A stretch of 64,000 nt of DNA, taken from a virus. Below are positions 17,847 through 26,703 of the stretch, in pieces (position 1 is the stretch's first letter; each line of letters begins with the position of its first letter). The stretch spans positions 1 through 64,000 of IMG/VR virus record IMGVR_UViG_3300023179_000054; one strand, given 5' to 3'. The notes under the pieces were generated by a model. The model was given only the letters and a program-made list of their open reading frames with translations, had not been told where the DNA came from and ran no database searches. The position numbers were made by a program, and so were the translations under genes.

Positions 17847-20401
17847 GAAAAGAAATCCTCTAAACTTGAGACCTTCTCGGTCTTCCACCCAATACTATCA
17901 AGGATTATTTCGAGAGGGTAAAGAAAGGCCTTCTCGAACTGTGTATCATAATCGATATATTTAGTTAAGGCAAATTCTTCTGGTATGCCGCCTTGAGGGA
18001 AAGAAATAACATTAGATTGAATAGTATTTGGTTCTTTGAGGAAGATAAACTTCAGTTTTTCACCATTCTGAATTAGAGGATACTTTGATGTTAGTCCATT
18101 AGTATTAAGGAAATGGTTATACATGAGAGCACCTCTAACGTGAATGGGAGTACCGCTGCCATAGATGGATCGTTTGTCAGCATACTTAACCAGACCATTA
18201 AGACCACGGGGGAAAGAAATATCAGCAAGTGGTAAAGTTTCGAACTCTTGACGAAATTCTTGTATAAATTGCTGAATAGCATTTTCATCTTTGTCAAAAA
18301 TAACATCAACAGCCTCTCTTAGTTTGTCTCTACATGCTGATGGTGTCGAGGACTTAACCATCTCAAGGCCCATAACTTTCTTTTTAGGTTGAGCATATTG
18401 CACACCTTCTGAGTTATGAACGTTTAGAATATATCTTTTCTTGGCAGTCCAGATTGCCTTATCTGCCAAGACCTCTCGCTTCATTACTATCTTTTGCTGG
18501 AAGACGTTAGTATATTCCCCAAGTTCTCGGCAAGCATTATCAATAACAGGTTGAATTTTATTCTCACAGACCTTATCAAGGAAGGAGATGATGCCTGATG
18601 AATTCCTAACTGCACCGTCTGCGTTAATAGTTTTGTCCACAAGAGGGCCAAGGCGTAGATACACCGAGTCTGTATCGACCGCAATAACATAATCATCCTC
18701 CGTTTTTAATATTTTGTTGAGATACTTATTAATCTCTCCTTCGATCCACCGTATTGACAATTGGCCAGTAGTCGTGACCGCAATCGCATTCCGTAGGTCG
18801 AAGAACCGAAAATACTTAGAACCCAGTGCCCCGTATAACGAGTTGAGCGATACTTTTTTAGAGAGTTGCAAGTTGTTATACCTTGCAATTCGGTTTTTGA
18901 TTTCTTTTCTTTTTTCTTTATCACCTTTTTCTTTTTCATATTCCTGTTCCGCTTCTAACATCTTTTTCTTATAAACTTTACGGTCAGCGAACATCTTCTC
19001 GACCATTTCAGGCATAAACCCTTGTTTATCACGGCGATAGAATTGTCCGTTGGCGGTTAAACAAACATCTTTATTTTTTAACCCAGATAGATCCAACTTA
19101 CGGGCCAATAGGCGATCAACACTAACACCGTCTGAAATAATGCTACGCATAGCATCATCGTAATCAACAGGCTCAATAATTGTTTCAGGAGATATATTGG
19201 ATCCCATAATGACACTAGGATACTCACTATTAACGTCAAAAGAAGCAACCCAATTATGAAATCCATTAATGGTATCCTTAACATAGGCACCCACATATGC
19301 GGCCTCCTTTTCGTGGCGTTCAATTGGTGGAACAACTACATTCTTACCTTTGAGATGATGGAAACAAATAACGTCCCACATTCTAACTTGTGCGAACACA
19401 TCCTCATAATTACATTTGTTATCATAAGATAAGGTAAGGGCCAATTCAATCAACTTATTTTTATCATCAATCTTGTCAACAAGGTCAACGTCTTTAATGT
19501 TATAGTCGATGAACTTTTGATAGTCCTCCTTATACAAGTTCAACAAAGAACCGTATTCTTCATAGGATAGTTTGCGTTCACCAAGTTCAACGTGTGCGAT
19601 ACTATCCAACTTATAGGACTCTTGTGATTTTCCGTCTTTAGCATATCGCTGGTACAAATCAAGCAAATCAAGTGTGGCAATACCTAAAATAGAATAGGAC
19701 TTAATCTTTCTATTCATACCAAGGTCAACCATCTTATCGTTGATTACACCCCACGGAGAAAGTTTCTTGGCCTCATTCTCTCCCATTAGTTTGCGAATAC
19801 GATTGACCAAATATGGTATATCGAAGTTCTGGACATTCCAACCTGTAATGATGTCAGGATATTCTGATTGCCACCAACCAAGAAACTTACGAATAAGATC
19901 AAACTCATCCGCACATTTCATATACGTAACATCATCTCTGCTATTAGAATAATCACCACAACCAAGTGTAGTGAATTGTCCGTCCATTTTAATTGTGATT
20001 GCTGTTAGTGGGCCGTTAGCATGTTCTGGTTCAGGGAATCCACCTTCTGGCGGTTCACCAACCTCGATATCGATGTTGGCCACTTTGATAAGGGACATAT
20101 CCCAATCAACAACACCTTTAAACTCATCGGCAATAAAGCAATATTGATAACGAGTATTACCATAAACTTTAAAGTTCTCAACATTATCATATTGAGAAAC
20201 GAAATCCCGGGCATCTCTAATGTTGCCAGGTTTTACCTTACCAACATAGTCGCCATGAATAGTTTTATATTTTGTGGGGGTCTGTGAAGGCACGAAAAGA
20301 GAAGGGTGATACTCGACTTTATGTCGCACCCTTCTCCCTTCTTCAACACCTCGATATAGAATTCTTCCGCCCCATACCTCAACGTTTGTGTAAAATTTCA
20401 T
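17843..20401 (-). CDS. gp43: Family B DNA polymerase (T4 gp43)
   Basis: DIE exonuclease, FDIPY, motif A SFDVNSEYPS, KVSLNSLYG, DTDS, KKRY. Confidence 0.97.
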   Translation of the reverse strand: MKFYTNVEVWGGRILYRGVEEGRRVRHKVEYHPSLFVPSQTPTKYKTIHGDYVGKVKPGNIRDARDFVSQYDNVENFKVYGNTRYQYCFIADEFKGVVDWDMSLIKVANIDIEVGEPPEGGFPEPEHANGPLTAITIKMDGQFTTLGCGDYSNSRDDVTYMKCADEFDLIRKFLGWWQSEYPDIITGWNVQNFDIPYLVNRIRKLMGENEAKKLSPWGVINDKMVDLGMNRKIKSYSILGIATLDLLDLYQRYAKDGKSQESYKLDSIAHVELGERKLSYEEYGSLLNLYKEDYQKFIDYNIKDVDLVDKIDDKNKLIELALTLSYDNKCNYEDVFAQVRMWDVICFHHLKGKNVVVPPIERHEKEAAYVGAYVKDTINGFHNWVASFDVNSEYPSVIMGSNISPETIIEPVDYDDAMRSIISDGVSVDRLLARKLDLSGLKNKDVCLTANGQFYRRDKQGFMPEMVEKMFADRKVYKKKMLEAEQEYEKEKGDKEKRKEIKNRIARYNNLQLSKKVSLNSLYGALGSKYFRFFDLRNAIAVTTTGQLSIRWIEGEINKYLNKILKTEDDYVIAVDTDSVYLRLGPLVDKTINADGAVRNSSGIISFLDKVCENKIQPVIDNACRELGEYTNVFQQKIVMKREVLADKAIWTAKKRYILNVHNSEGVQYAQPKKKVMGLEMVKSSTPSACRDKLREAVDVIFDKDENAIQQFIQEFRQEFETLPLADISFPRGLNGLVKYADKRSIYGSGTPIHVRGALMYNHFLNTNGLTSKYPLIQNGEKLKFIFLKEPNTIQSNVISFPQGGIPEEFALTKYIDYDTQFEKAFLYPLEIILDSIGWKTEKVSSLEDFFS

Positions 20402-20715
20402 TATTTTCCTGGGATAATAAGTTTGCTGTCTGGTACCATAACGCCACCGAATACGGCATTATATTGATTAATGAACTCAGAAATAGGATTCATCTTTGCT
20501 AACACATGTGCCGCATTAATCTCAACTTCTTTGTCTTCTGACCATTCACAATATGGTGCGAAACCAACTGATGGTTCTTTTGGATTCATCTGGCTCGGCA
20601 CGACCATAACACGAACAGGATTTTTTAGTGTGATAGTATCCTTGGTCTCTTTAACAATTTCACCGAGGATATCTTGCCCATTTAGTAGGCGTAGGTTTTT
20701 AATATTTGTAGCCAT
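20401..20715 (-). CDS. Conserved T4-like Sm-fold protein
   Basis: LRLLNGQDILG...LKNP...FAPY; usual position upstream of gp43. Confidence 0.6.
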   Translation of the reverse strand: MATNIKNLRLLNGQDILGEIVKETKDTITLKNPVRVMVVPSQMNPKEPSVGFAPYCEWSEDKEVEINAAHVLAKMNPISEFINQYNAVFGGVMVPDSKLIIPGK

Positions 20716-20924
20716 TAGTCTGCAATCTCCATTAAATAATCATAAACTCCAACCGTCACCCATTTCTCAGGAATGTGAGTGGTTCGGTTTCCATTCTCAC
20801 CCATAAATGAGTAAGAGTTATCAAGATCCATAATCTTGACAATTCGCTCCCACTTGCCATCAAAGGCACGCTGCTTAAAAGCAGTCTCTAAAACATGCAT
20901 CTTACTTTCATGAAAAGGTACCAT
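20715..20924 (-). CDS. Hypothetical protein
   Basis: ORF with RBS AAGGAG. Confidence 0.65.
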   Translation of the reverse strand: MVPFHESKMHVLETAFKQRAFDGKWERIVKIMDLDNSYSFMGENGNRTTHIPEKWVTVGVYDYLMEIAD

Positions 20925-20934
20925 AGTAATCTCC

Positions 20935-21552
20935 TTAGTCCCATAGGCCACGATAATACTTACCAAACAATCTAAATCCGTTATTTATTCTATCATTATA
21001 CTCTTTTATACCCTCTCTGTCAACCCAATAATCTGGGTTTGTTTGTGTCATTTGAACTCTTTGATACGGAACACCGTCATCATCTTCCCATTTGTTCCAA
21101 TCATACACAGGTGTTCCGTGAACAAACTTATCTTCCCAACTATCATCAAGTTCCTGCTCGAAGGCCCAGATCATTTCATTAAGAACCCATTCCCACTTGT
21201 AATGAACCCAGTTATCATCATCTCCACCATGGCGCATATGTTCTGGTAAGTCCTCATCATCAACAATAGGAGAACCTTGCTTGGTTGCTTTGAGTTGTTT
21301 AAGCATAGGAAGAATGATATGTGCGAGTGTATTGTCCATAGACCAAGTATCATAATCATCAATATGAACTTTGACTTTTCGACCACCTTTTAGTTCATGA
21401 ATCCAGTTAAAGAAATCTTCGGCAGGAGTATTTTCACAAATCCAATCGCCAATATCTTCACAGGTTTTTTCACTAACACCTACTTTTTGTAGCAGGTCAA
21501 CGGTTTGATAAACACCCCACCACTTATAATATGGGCCTATGTAAACTTTCAT
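20935..21552 (-). CDS. Conserved hypothetical phage protein
   Basis: DTWSMD.TLA.II.PML, GF.LFGKYY..LWD pattern typical of T4-like phages. Confidence 0.75.
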   Translation of the reverse strand: MKVYIGPYYKWWGVYQTVDLLQKVGVSEKTCEDIGDWICENTPAEDFFNWIHELKGGRKVKVHIDDYDTWSMDNTLAHIILPMLKQLKATKQGSPIVDDEDLPEHMRHGGDDDNWVHYKWEWVLNEMIWAFEQELDDSWEDKFVHGTPVYDWNKWEDDDGVPYQRVQMTQTNPDYWVDREGIKEYNDRINNGFRLFGKYYRGLWD

Positions 21553-21563
21553 AATTTAATCCT

Positions 21564-22244
21564 TTATGATTTAACACTAATACTAGACGCTACTACAACT
21601 CTTAATTTATTACTATGTGGTTTTTTAGACATCGCTACTTTATGATTAATAAAAGAAGGAAAAATTATTAAATCATCTTCTTTTGAATTTATATAATTAT
21701 TAACTCGGTACATGGAGTTTTCTTTTTTACTTTTATCTAAATTAATTCCAATTTTCATATAATCAATAAATGGACCTATACTGAGTGGATTTTCAAATTT
21801 TGTGTGTTCGTGAAAATTTGAATCGAATGATAAATAATGTATCATGACAAATTGATTGGAATATCCATCGGCATACTGAGATAGGTGATTATGGCATTCC
21901 ATATGTCCGTTTATACCAACATTAATGTTATCAATACTCCACCTATATAAAATATTATTAATATTTGTTCCATAAATAGATGTCATATAATTTTTTATTA
22001 TGTTATCATATACTAAACCGAGTTGAGTAAAATTTATTTTTTTATATTTTGGATTATCAAAATTACCATAATAATTATGAAAAGAAATATCAGGAGAATT
22101 TTTTAGAGTAGATTCTCTATTGGGGTTTTTTTCATAATTGTAGATAATTGTATCCATTATTTCTTTTTTATTATAAGAATTTGGGTCTATTGCTGTTTTA
22201 TAATAATTAACTTCAAATAGTGTATTTTTTTCCAATAGTGTCAT
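21564..22244 (-). CDS. Putative 2OG-Fe(II) oxygenase (TIGR02466-like)
   Basis: CHNH...IHY...DLIIFPSFINH.V...R. Confidence 0.7.
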   Translation of the reverse strand: MTLLEKNTLFEVNYYKTAIDPNSYNKKEIMDTIIYNYEKNPNRESTLKNSPDISFHNYYGNFDNPKYKKINFTQLGLVYDNIIKNYMTSIYGTNINNILYRWSIDNINVGINGHMECHNHLSQYADGYSNQFVMIHYLSFDSNFHEHTKFENPLSIGPFIDYMKIGINLDKSKKENSMYRVNNYINSKEDDLIIFPSFINHKVAMSKKPHSNKLRVVVASSISVKS

Positions 22245-22407
22245 ATTGTTCTCTCACTATCTTCACGATGTTGTTGGAGCAGCTGCCGCACACTTGCGAA
22301 CAACCAAGTTCTTTTAGTATGGTGCCAACCGACGGTTGACGTTCCTTACCGTTAATACATTCCTTGACTTTATCTTCGGTAATCAAATTACAGGAGCAGA
22401 TAATCAT
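22213..22407 (-). CDS. bfd: Bacterioferritin-associated ferredoxin [2Fe-2S]
   Basis: MIICSCN...CGSC; promoter TTGACA-17-TATAAT at 22427-22455. Confidence 0.85.
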   Translation of the reverse strand: MIICSCNLITEDKVKECINGKERQPSVGTILKELGCSQVCGSCSNNIVKIVREQYDTIGKKYTI

Positions 22408-22456
22408 TCCTCACCTCTACCTATATATTATAGTATAAAATGGAGTATATGTCAAT

Positions 22457-23632
22457 ATGAAAAAACTTGCTATTATCGGTCGAGGAACAGCTGGATCTTT
22501 GGCCGCTGCACATTTCCTTAGACATACTGATTGGGAAATAGACTGGTATTTTGATAATGATATTAAACCTCAGGCCGTTGGTGAAGGTTCTAATTTAATT
22601 CTTCCTAATTTTTTAAAAAATTGTTTGAATTTTGAACACCATGATTTATCAAAAATTGATGGTTCTTTTAAAGCATCTATATATAAAGAAGGTTGGGGAA
22701 AAGGTCAAGGATTTCATCATACTTTTGCTCCGCCACTTTTATCATACCATTTTAATGCTAACAAATTACAAGATTATATATTATCTTTAGTTAGAAGTAA
22801 TCCAAAACTAACAATCAAAGAGCAAAATATAATTCATGATAATATAGACTCCGATTTTATTTTAGATAGTTCAGGTCGTCCAAAATCTTACGAAGAATTT
22901 CATTTATCAAAATATATTCCGGTAAATTCAGTCCATGTAAACCAGTGTTATTGGGAATATCCAAGATTTCAATATACTTTAACAATTGCCAGACCATATG
23001 GGTGGGTCTTTGGCATACCTTTACAAAATAGGTGTAGTATTGGATATATGTATAATAATAACATAAACACTCTCGAAGAAGTTAAAGAAGATATAAAACA
23101 TATTTTCACTCAGTTTAACCTTGTACCTAGCGACCAAACAAATACTTTTAGTTTTAAAAATTATTATAGGAAACAAAATTATAGCGAAAGAATATGTTAT
23201 AATGGTAATGCATCTTTTTTCTTAGAACCTATGGAAGCAACATCAATAGGAATGATGCAAGTTATAAATAAATGGTCTCTTGACTTATTTAACGATATCT
23301 CAAATATTGATATTATCAATTATAGATATTATACAGTTAACAAAGAAATTGAATCTGTAATTATGCTACATTATTTTGCCGGATCTATTTACGATACAGA
23401 TTTTTGGAAATTTGCCAAAGAGAGAGGTGAAAAGTGTATGTTGGATTCTTTAACACAAAAAAAATATAAACTTGATAGATCATTTCATGAAATGTTAAAT
23501 GATGTTGATAATAATAAAAGGTTTGAAGGATTTGGAACTTGGAATAAAGAATCATTTAAGCAAAATATAGTAGGTCTTGATGTTAGAGAAAATCTTGATA
23601 ACTTAATTAATAATACAATTATAGGAGAATAA
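22457..23632 (+). CDS. Tryptophan halogenase-family flavoprotein
   Basis: IIGRGTAG, VGEGS, GSFKASI, YGWVFGIP, FFLEPMEA. Confidence 0.85.
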   Translation: MKKLAIIGRGTAGSLAAAHFLRHTDWEIDWYFDNDIKPQAVGEGSNLILPNFLKNCLNFEHHDLSKIDGSFKASIYKEGWGKGQGFHHTFAPPLLSYHFNANKLQDYILSLVRSNPKLTIKEQNIIHDNIDSDFILDSSGRPKSYEEFHLSKYIPVNSVHVNQCYWEYPRFQYTLTIARPYGWVFGIPLQNRCSIGYMYNNNINTLEEVKEDIKHIFTQFNLVPSDQTNTFSFKNYYRKQNYSERICYNGNASFFLEPMEATSIGMMQVINKWSLDLFNDISNIDIINYRYYTVNKEIESVIMLHYFAGSIYDTDFWKFAKERGEKCMLDSLTQKKYKLDRSFHEMLNDVDNNKRFEGFGTWNKESFKQNIVGLDVRENLDNLINNTIIGE

Positions 23633-23633
23633 T

Positions 23634-23972
23634 ATGCCAATTAATAGTTGGACAATCAATCTCGTCTTAGGAGTAGTTCTATCTATCATTGTTGGTGGCG
23701 GAATCTACGTCTGGAAAGAATCCATAGCGACACAAGCATTGGTTGAATATAAGTCACAAGAATACTTAAAACAGTTAGAGGAACAAAAGAAGGCCATGGA
23801 AGATACGGCGGCTATCCTAAAAGAAAGCACCGAGATTGTGGCCGACCTTAAAGACAAGACCATTCAAATGAATGAGAAGGTTAAAAATTTGGAATCATAT
23901 CTAGATACTCACAAAGATGAAAAGGAATCTTCTGAGGTTCTTAAAAGAACATTTAAGGAACTATCACAATGA
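23634..23972 (+). CDS. Putative inner-membrane spanin (Rz-like)
   Basis: N-terminal TM plus coiled coil; directly upstream of a lipoprotein. Confidence 0.7.
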   Translation: MPINSWTINLVLGVVLSIIVGGGIYVWKESIATQALVEYKSQEYLKQLEEQKKAMEDTAAILKESTEIVADLKDKTIQMNEKVKNLESYLDTHKDEKESSEVLKRTFKELSQ

Positions 23973-24229
23973 AGAAACTAATTCTCCTTTCACTATTACT
24001 AGCTGGCTGTCAATCAACAGTACCAACAACTAAACTACAAGTCATTACACCTCCAGATGAAATGTATGACTGTCCAATCAAGACAAAGTGGCCGAACTGG
24101 AAAACGCTAAACGACACCGACGTTGCTAAAACGATTGTTGAACTCTATAAGAACAATCATCGTTGTAAGAACTCCGTCGATGCCATTCGTAAATATCTAA
24201 CGGACGCTAAGGCCCAGATAGAAGATTAA
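23969..24229 (+). CDS. Putative outer-membrane spanin lipoprotein (Rz1-like)
   Basis: Lipobox LLAGC; Pro-rich; two further Cys. Confidence 0.75.
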   Translation: MKKLILLSLLLAGCQSTVPTTKLQVITPPDEMYDCPIKTKWPNWKTLNDTDVAKTIVELYKNNHRCKNSVDAIRKYLTDAKAQIED

Positions 24230-24414
24230 CTGGAAGAACCTGAGTCCTTAGCAGCCACACCAATACCAAGAAGTGATAGGACAAAAGGCCATGACTGGTC
24301 GAGAGGTGGCAGAGGAATGCTTTCAGGCCATACGCCAGCATATTTTAGTCCATAAGCAATCAAAGGGATTAGTGCCATAAGTGTTGTGCGCCAATCTTTA
24401 AGAATACTAGGCAT
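24226..24414 (-). CDS. Small two-TM protein, possible holin
   Basis: WRTT...two hydrophobic helices...AAKD; late motif CTAAATA upstream. Confidence 0.45.
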   Translation of the reverse strand: MPSILKDWRTTLMALIPLIAYGLKYAGVWPESIPLPPLDQSWPFVLSLLGIGVAAKDSGSSS

Positions 24415-24466
24415 ATTATTACTCCATATTGATAAACCCAGAATTGGGCGGACTATTTAGGAGAAT

Positions 24467-24541
24467 TGGAGCGGAGAGTGGGAGTCGAACACCACATTCT
24501 GAGGTGGGAACCTCAGGTAATAACCATTATACGACCTCCGC
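24467..24541 (-). tRNA. tRNA-Gly-like, atypical anticodon arm
   Basis: GCGGAGG acceptor, U73 discriminator, CCA, glyT-like D arm; anticodon loop 6 or 8 nt, bulged T-stem. Confidence 0.75.
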
Positions 24542-24634
24542 AAGAAGGTGGGGACATTTAACGTCGGCCCCATGGACGTAGCACTTGTCTGGGAGACAAT
24601 ACTATTTAGCGTATTTGGTAACAAAAACTATTTG

Positions 24635-24811
24635 TTACGCACCATCAAGTTGAGCCCAATATCCAACACTATACCAAACTGTTAAGGTATCTTGTGTAAA
24701 TTGGACTAAGACAAGGTCATCTTTTTCTTTTAAAATCTGAGGTTGATAACCTTTGTCCTTCATCAGACTCTCATATGATTTCTGGTTGGTTTTCTTGATC
24801 CAATAATGCAT
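24635..24811 (-). CDS. Small hypothetical protein (58 aa, MHYWIKK...)
   Basis: Manual translation; TAATG coupling. Confidence 0.6.
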   Translation of the reverse strand: MHYWIKKTNQKSYESLMKDKGYQPQILKEKDDLVLVQFTQDTLTVWYSVGYWAQLDGA

Positions 24812-25089
24812 TAGAGACCTAAAAATCCAACGCCGAGAAGGCCACGGGTCTTTGGTGAGACATCAATCTCAATATCATTACCATCGACATCGACATCAAC
24901 ATCTGAACCAACTGGAGCAGTAGCAACTACACCGTGTGGTGTTACCTGTGCCGCTGGGGCAAATACACCACGACTCTTTGTAGCACCAGGAACAGCAACG
25001 GTCTTACCATTGTGTGTCTCATCCTGAAATGCCGAAGCAGAAACAGTTAGACCAAGAACGATTGCTGCTGTTAGAAATACCTTATTCAT
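24811..25089 (-). CDS. Secreted hypothetical protein
   Basis: Signal peptide ending ASA; DVDVDVD tract. Confidence 0.7.
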   Translation of the reverse strand: MNKVFLTAAIVLGLTVSASAFQDETHNGKTVAVPGATKSRGVFAPAAQVTPHGVVATAPVGSDVDVDVDGNDIEIDVSPKTRGLLGVGFLGL

Positions 25090-25105
25090 TATTATCACCT
25101 TTCTT

Positions 25106-25363
25106 CTATGCTAAACCTAATCCGTCATGTTCGCCGGCATCAGGCAATTTAAGGGAACCATCTGCGTGACGTTCCTTTTTCTTGCGATCCACACCACTAA
25201 AGTTTTCTGGGTGTTTCAAAATATCTGCGAGGAATTTAACAAACTCTGCTAAATCTTCCTTATTATATTTGGCACCAACTTTACCATCTTCTCTAAGATA
25301 AGCAGAAAGAAGGCAGTATGCCTCATTACATGCAGGGTAGGATACCTTTTCATCTACTACCAT
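25106..25363 (-). CDS. Hypothetical protein
   Basis: RBS AAGGAG; promoter TTGACA-17-TATACT at 25405-25433. Confidence 0.7.
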   Translation of the reverse strand: MVVDEKVSYPACNEAYCLLSAYLREDGKVGAKYNKEDLAEFVKFLADILKHPENFSGVDRKKKERHADGSLKLPDAGEHDGLGLA

Positions 25364-25441
25364 AAAATTCTCCTTAATAAATATATTGCGCTGCATCATT
25401 TATAAGTATATAGGTTGTTTTGAGGATTGTCAAGTGTTATT

Positions 25442-25606
25442 TTAACACTTAAAAGTTACCGTAGCATCCTTCCACTCACCGAACATATGAACCTGAGCCT
25501 GCGATGATTTAAGATGGCAAACTTTAGGTTCAATTTTAACTTCGTGCTTCTCACATTCGCCTGAGTGAAGGCAAATGGAAATAACGGCAAATACTAACTC
25601 TTTCAT
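25442..25606 (-). CDS. Small Cys-containing hypothetical protein (54 aa)
   Basis: Manual translation MKELVFAVISICLHSGEC... Confidence 0.55.
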   Translation of the reverse strand: MKELVFAVISICLHSGECEKHEVKIEPKVCHLKSSQAQVHMFGEWKDATVTFKC

Positions 25607-25687
25607 TTAATAACCTTTCCTACAAGATAAAATAGAGTAAACATGATTGTGGTTCCAATAATAGAACCAGTTAGTTCAATCCAGTAT

Positions 25688-25864
25688 TTACTCTCCTTGA
25701 GACTGGGAGACTGCTCGGTGGTAATACCTTTCGAAGATGCTGAGTCGATCTTCTTCTGAGTAGCAGTCGGGAATTGGATAACCTTTGACTTTTTGCCAGA
25801 CATGTTCTGCCATCTCCAATGTAAATTCACGATCTTTCTTTTGTTCTTTTTCAATATCATTCAT
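25688..25864 (-). CDS. Hypothetical protein
   Basis: ORF MNDIEKEQ... Confidence 0.6.
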   Translation of the reverse strand: MNDIEKEQKKDREFTLEMAEHVWQKVKGYPIPDCYSEEDRLSIFERYYHRAVSQSQGE

Positions 25865-25866
25865 TT

Positions 25867-26478
25867 TCATTCCAATTCTAATAAATGAAGTCCTGAAAGA
25901 GATAATTCATTTCCAACATTACCTAAAGGAAATGTATTAAATGCAATACTAATTCTCGTTTCAATCCCTACTACAGGTTCAACACTATGCTTTAGATAAG
26001 AAGGAAATAAAATTAAATTTCCAGTTTCTATTGGAAACCACCATTTATCAGAATTATATATATTCCATTCAATTGGTTCAATTTTTATTAAATCGCATTT
26101 TTCTTTATGAAAAAATATTTTATCTGTTTTTTTATCGGCGTTCACATAAAAACAACCGGAAATAAAAGAATTAGGATGACTATGTAAATGATGCCATTCT
26201 CCAGGTTTATTCCAATTTAACCAAGATTGTGTTATTTTCATTCTAACATCATATTTAGGTTGATACGTAGTAATAAAATATTCGTGTAAAGATTTTTCAA
26301 TATATTGTTTCAGACTAGACAAACATTTATTTCTTAAAATATGTGTTTCTTCGCTTCTAGTATTTCCTAAATTTTTAGATTCTTTTAATTCTGAAATATA
26401 TCTCAGAGATTCATCTGATAGCATTTGATCATATTTAAAAAAACCAATAGGTATAGGAAATAAGTTTTCGATAATCAT
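25867..26478 (-). CDS. TIGR02466-family 2OG-Fe(II) oxygenase
   Basis: HSHPNSFISGCFYV, ILFPSYLKHSV, RISIAFN. Confidence 0.9.
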   Translation of the reverse strand: MIIENLFPIPIGFFKYDQMLSDESLRYISELKESKNLGNTRSEETHILRNKCLSSLKQYIEKSLHEYFITTYQPKYDVRMKITQSWLNWNKPGEWHHLHSHPNSFISGCFYVNADKKTDKIFFHKEKCDLIKIEPIEWNIYNSDKWWFPIETGNLILFPSYLKHSVEPVVGIETRISIAFNTFPLGNVGNELSLSGLHLLELE

Positions 26479-26486
26479 ATTTTACC

Positions 26487-26702
26487 TCACAGGATTGCGT
26501 AAAGTCCAATTGCGACTCCTAATGTAAATGGTATAAGATTACTTATTATAACAACACCAAAGGCCGTTAGGAATAAACCAGTAGAAGGACCGTCTTCCGT
26601 TTCTTCATGGTCTGCTACGTTGCTGTAAACAACACCTCTGATGAAGGTATTAATTGATACACTAAGTATAAGACATCCGATTATTAAAAATGCAAGTAGC
26701 AT
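26487..26702 (-). CDS. Small membrane protein
   Basis: Two hydrophobic segments. Confidence 0.6.
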   Translation of the reverse strand: MLLAFLIIGCLILSVSINTFIRGVVYSNVADHEETEDGPSTGLFLTAFGVVIISNLIPFTLGVAIGLYAIL

Positions 26703-26703
26703 T

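Noticed and set aside
24542-24600. Theta/HDV-like ribozyme next to the tRNA
   Set aside because: Lies 5' of the tRNA rather than 3', and lacks the nested double-pseudoknot layout
25603-25860. 85-aa ORF overlapping 25688-25864
   Set aside because: Mostly overlaps a better-supported gene in another frame; only the short hydrophobic tail might be coding and it has no clear start
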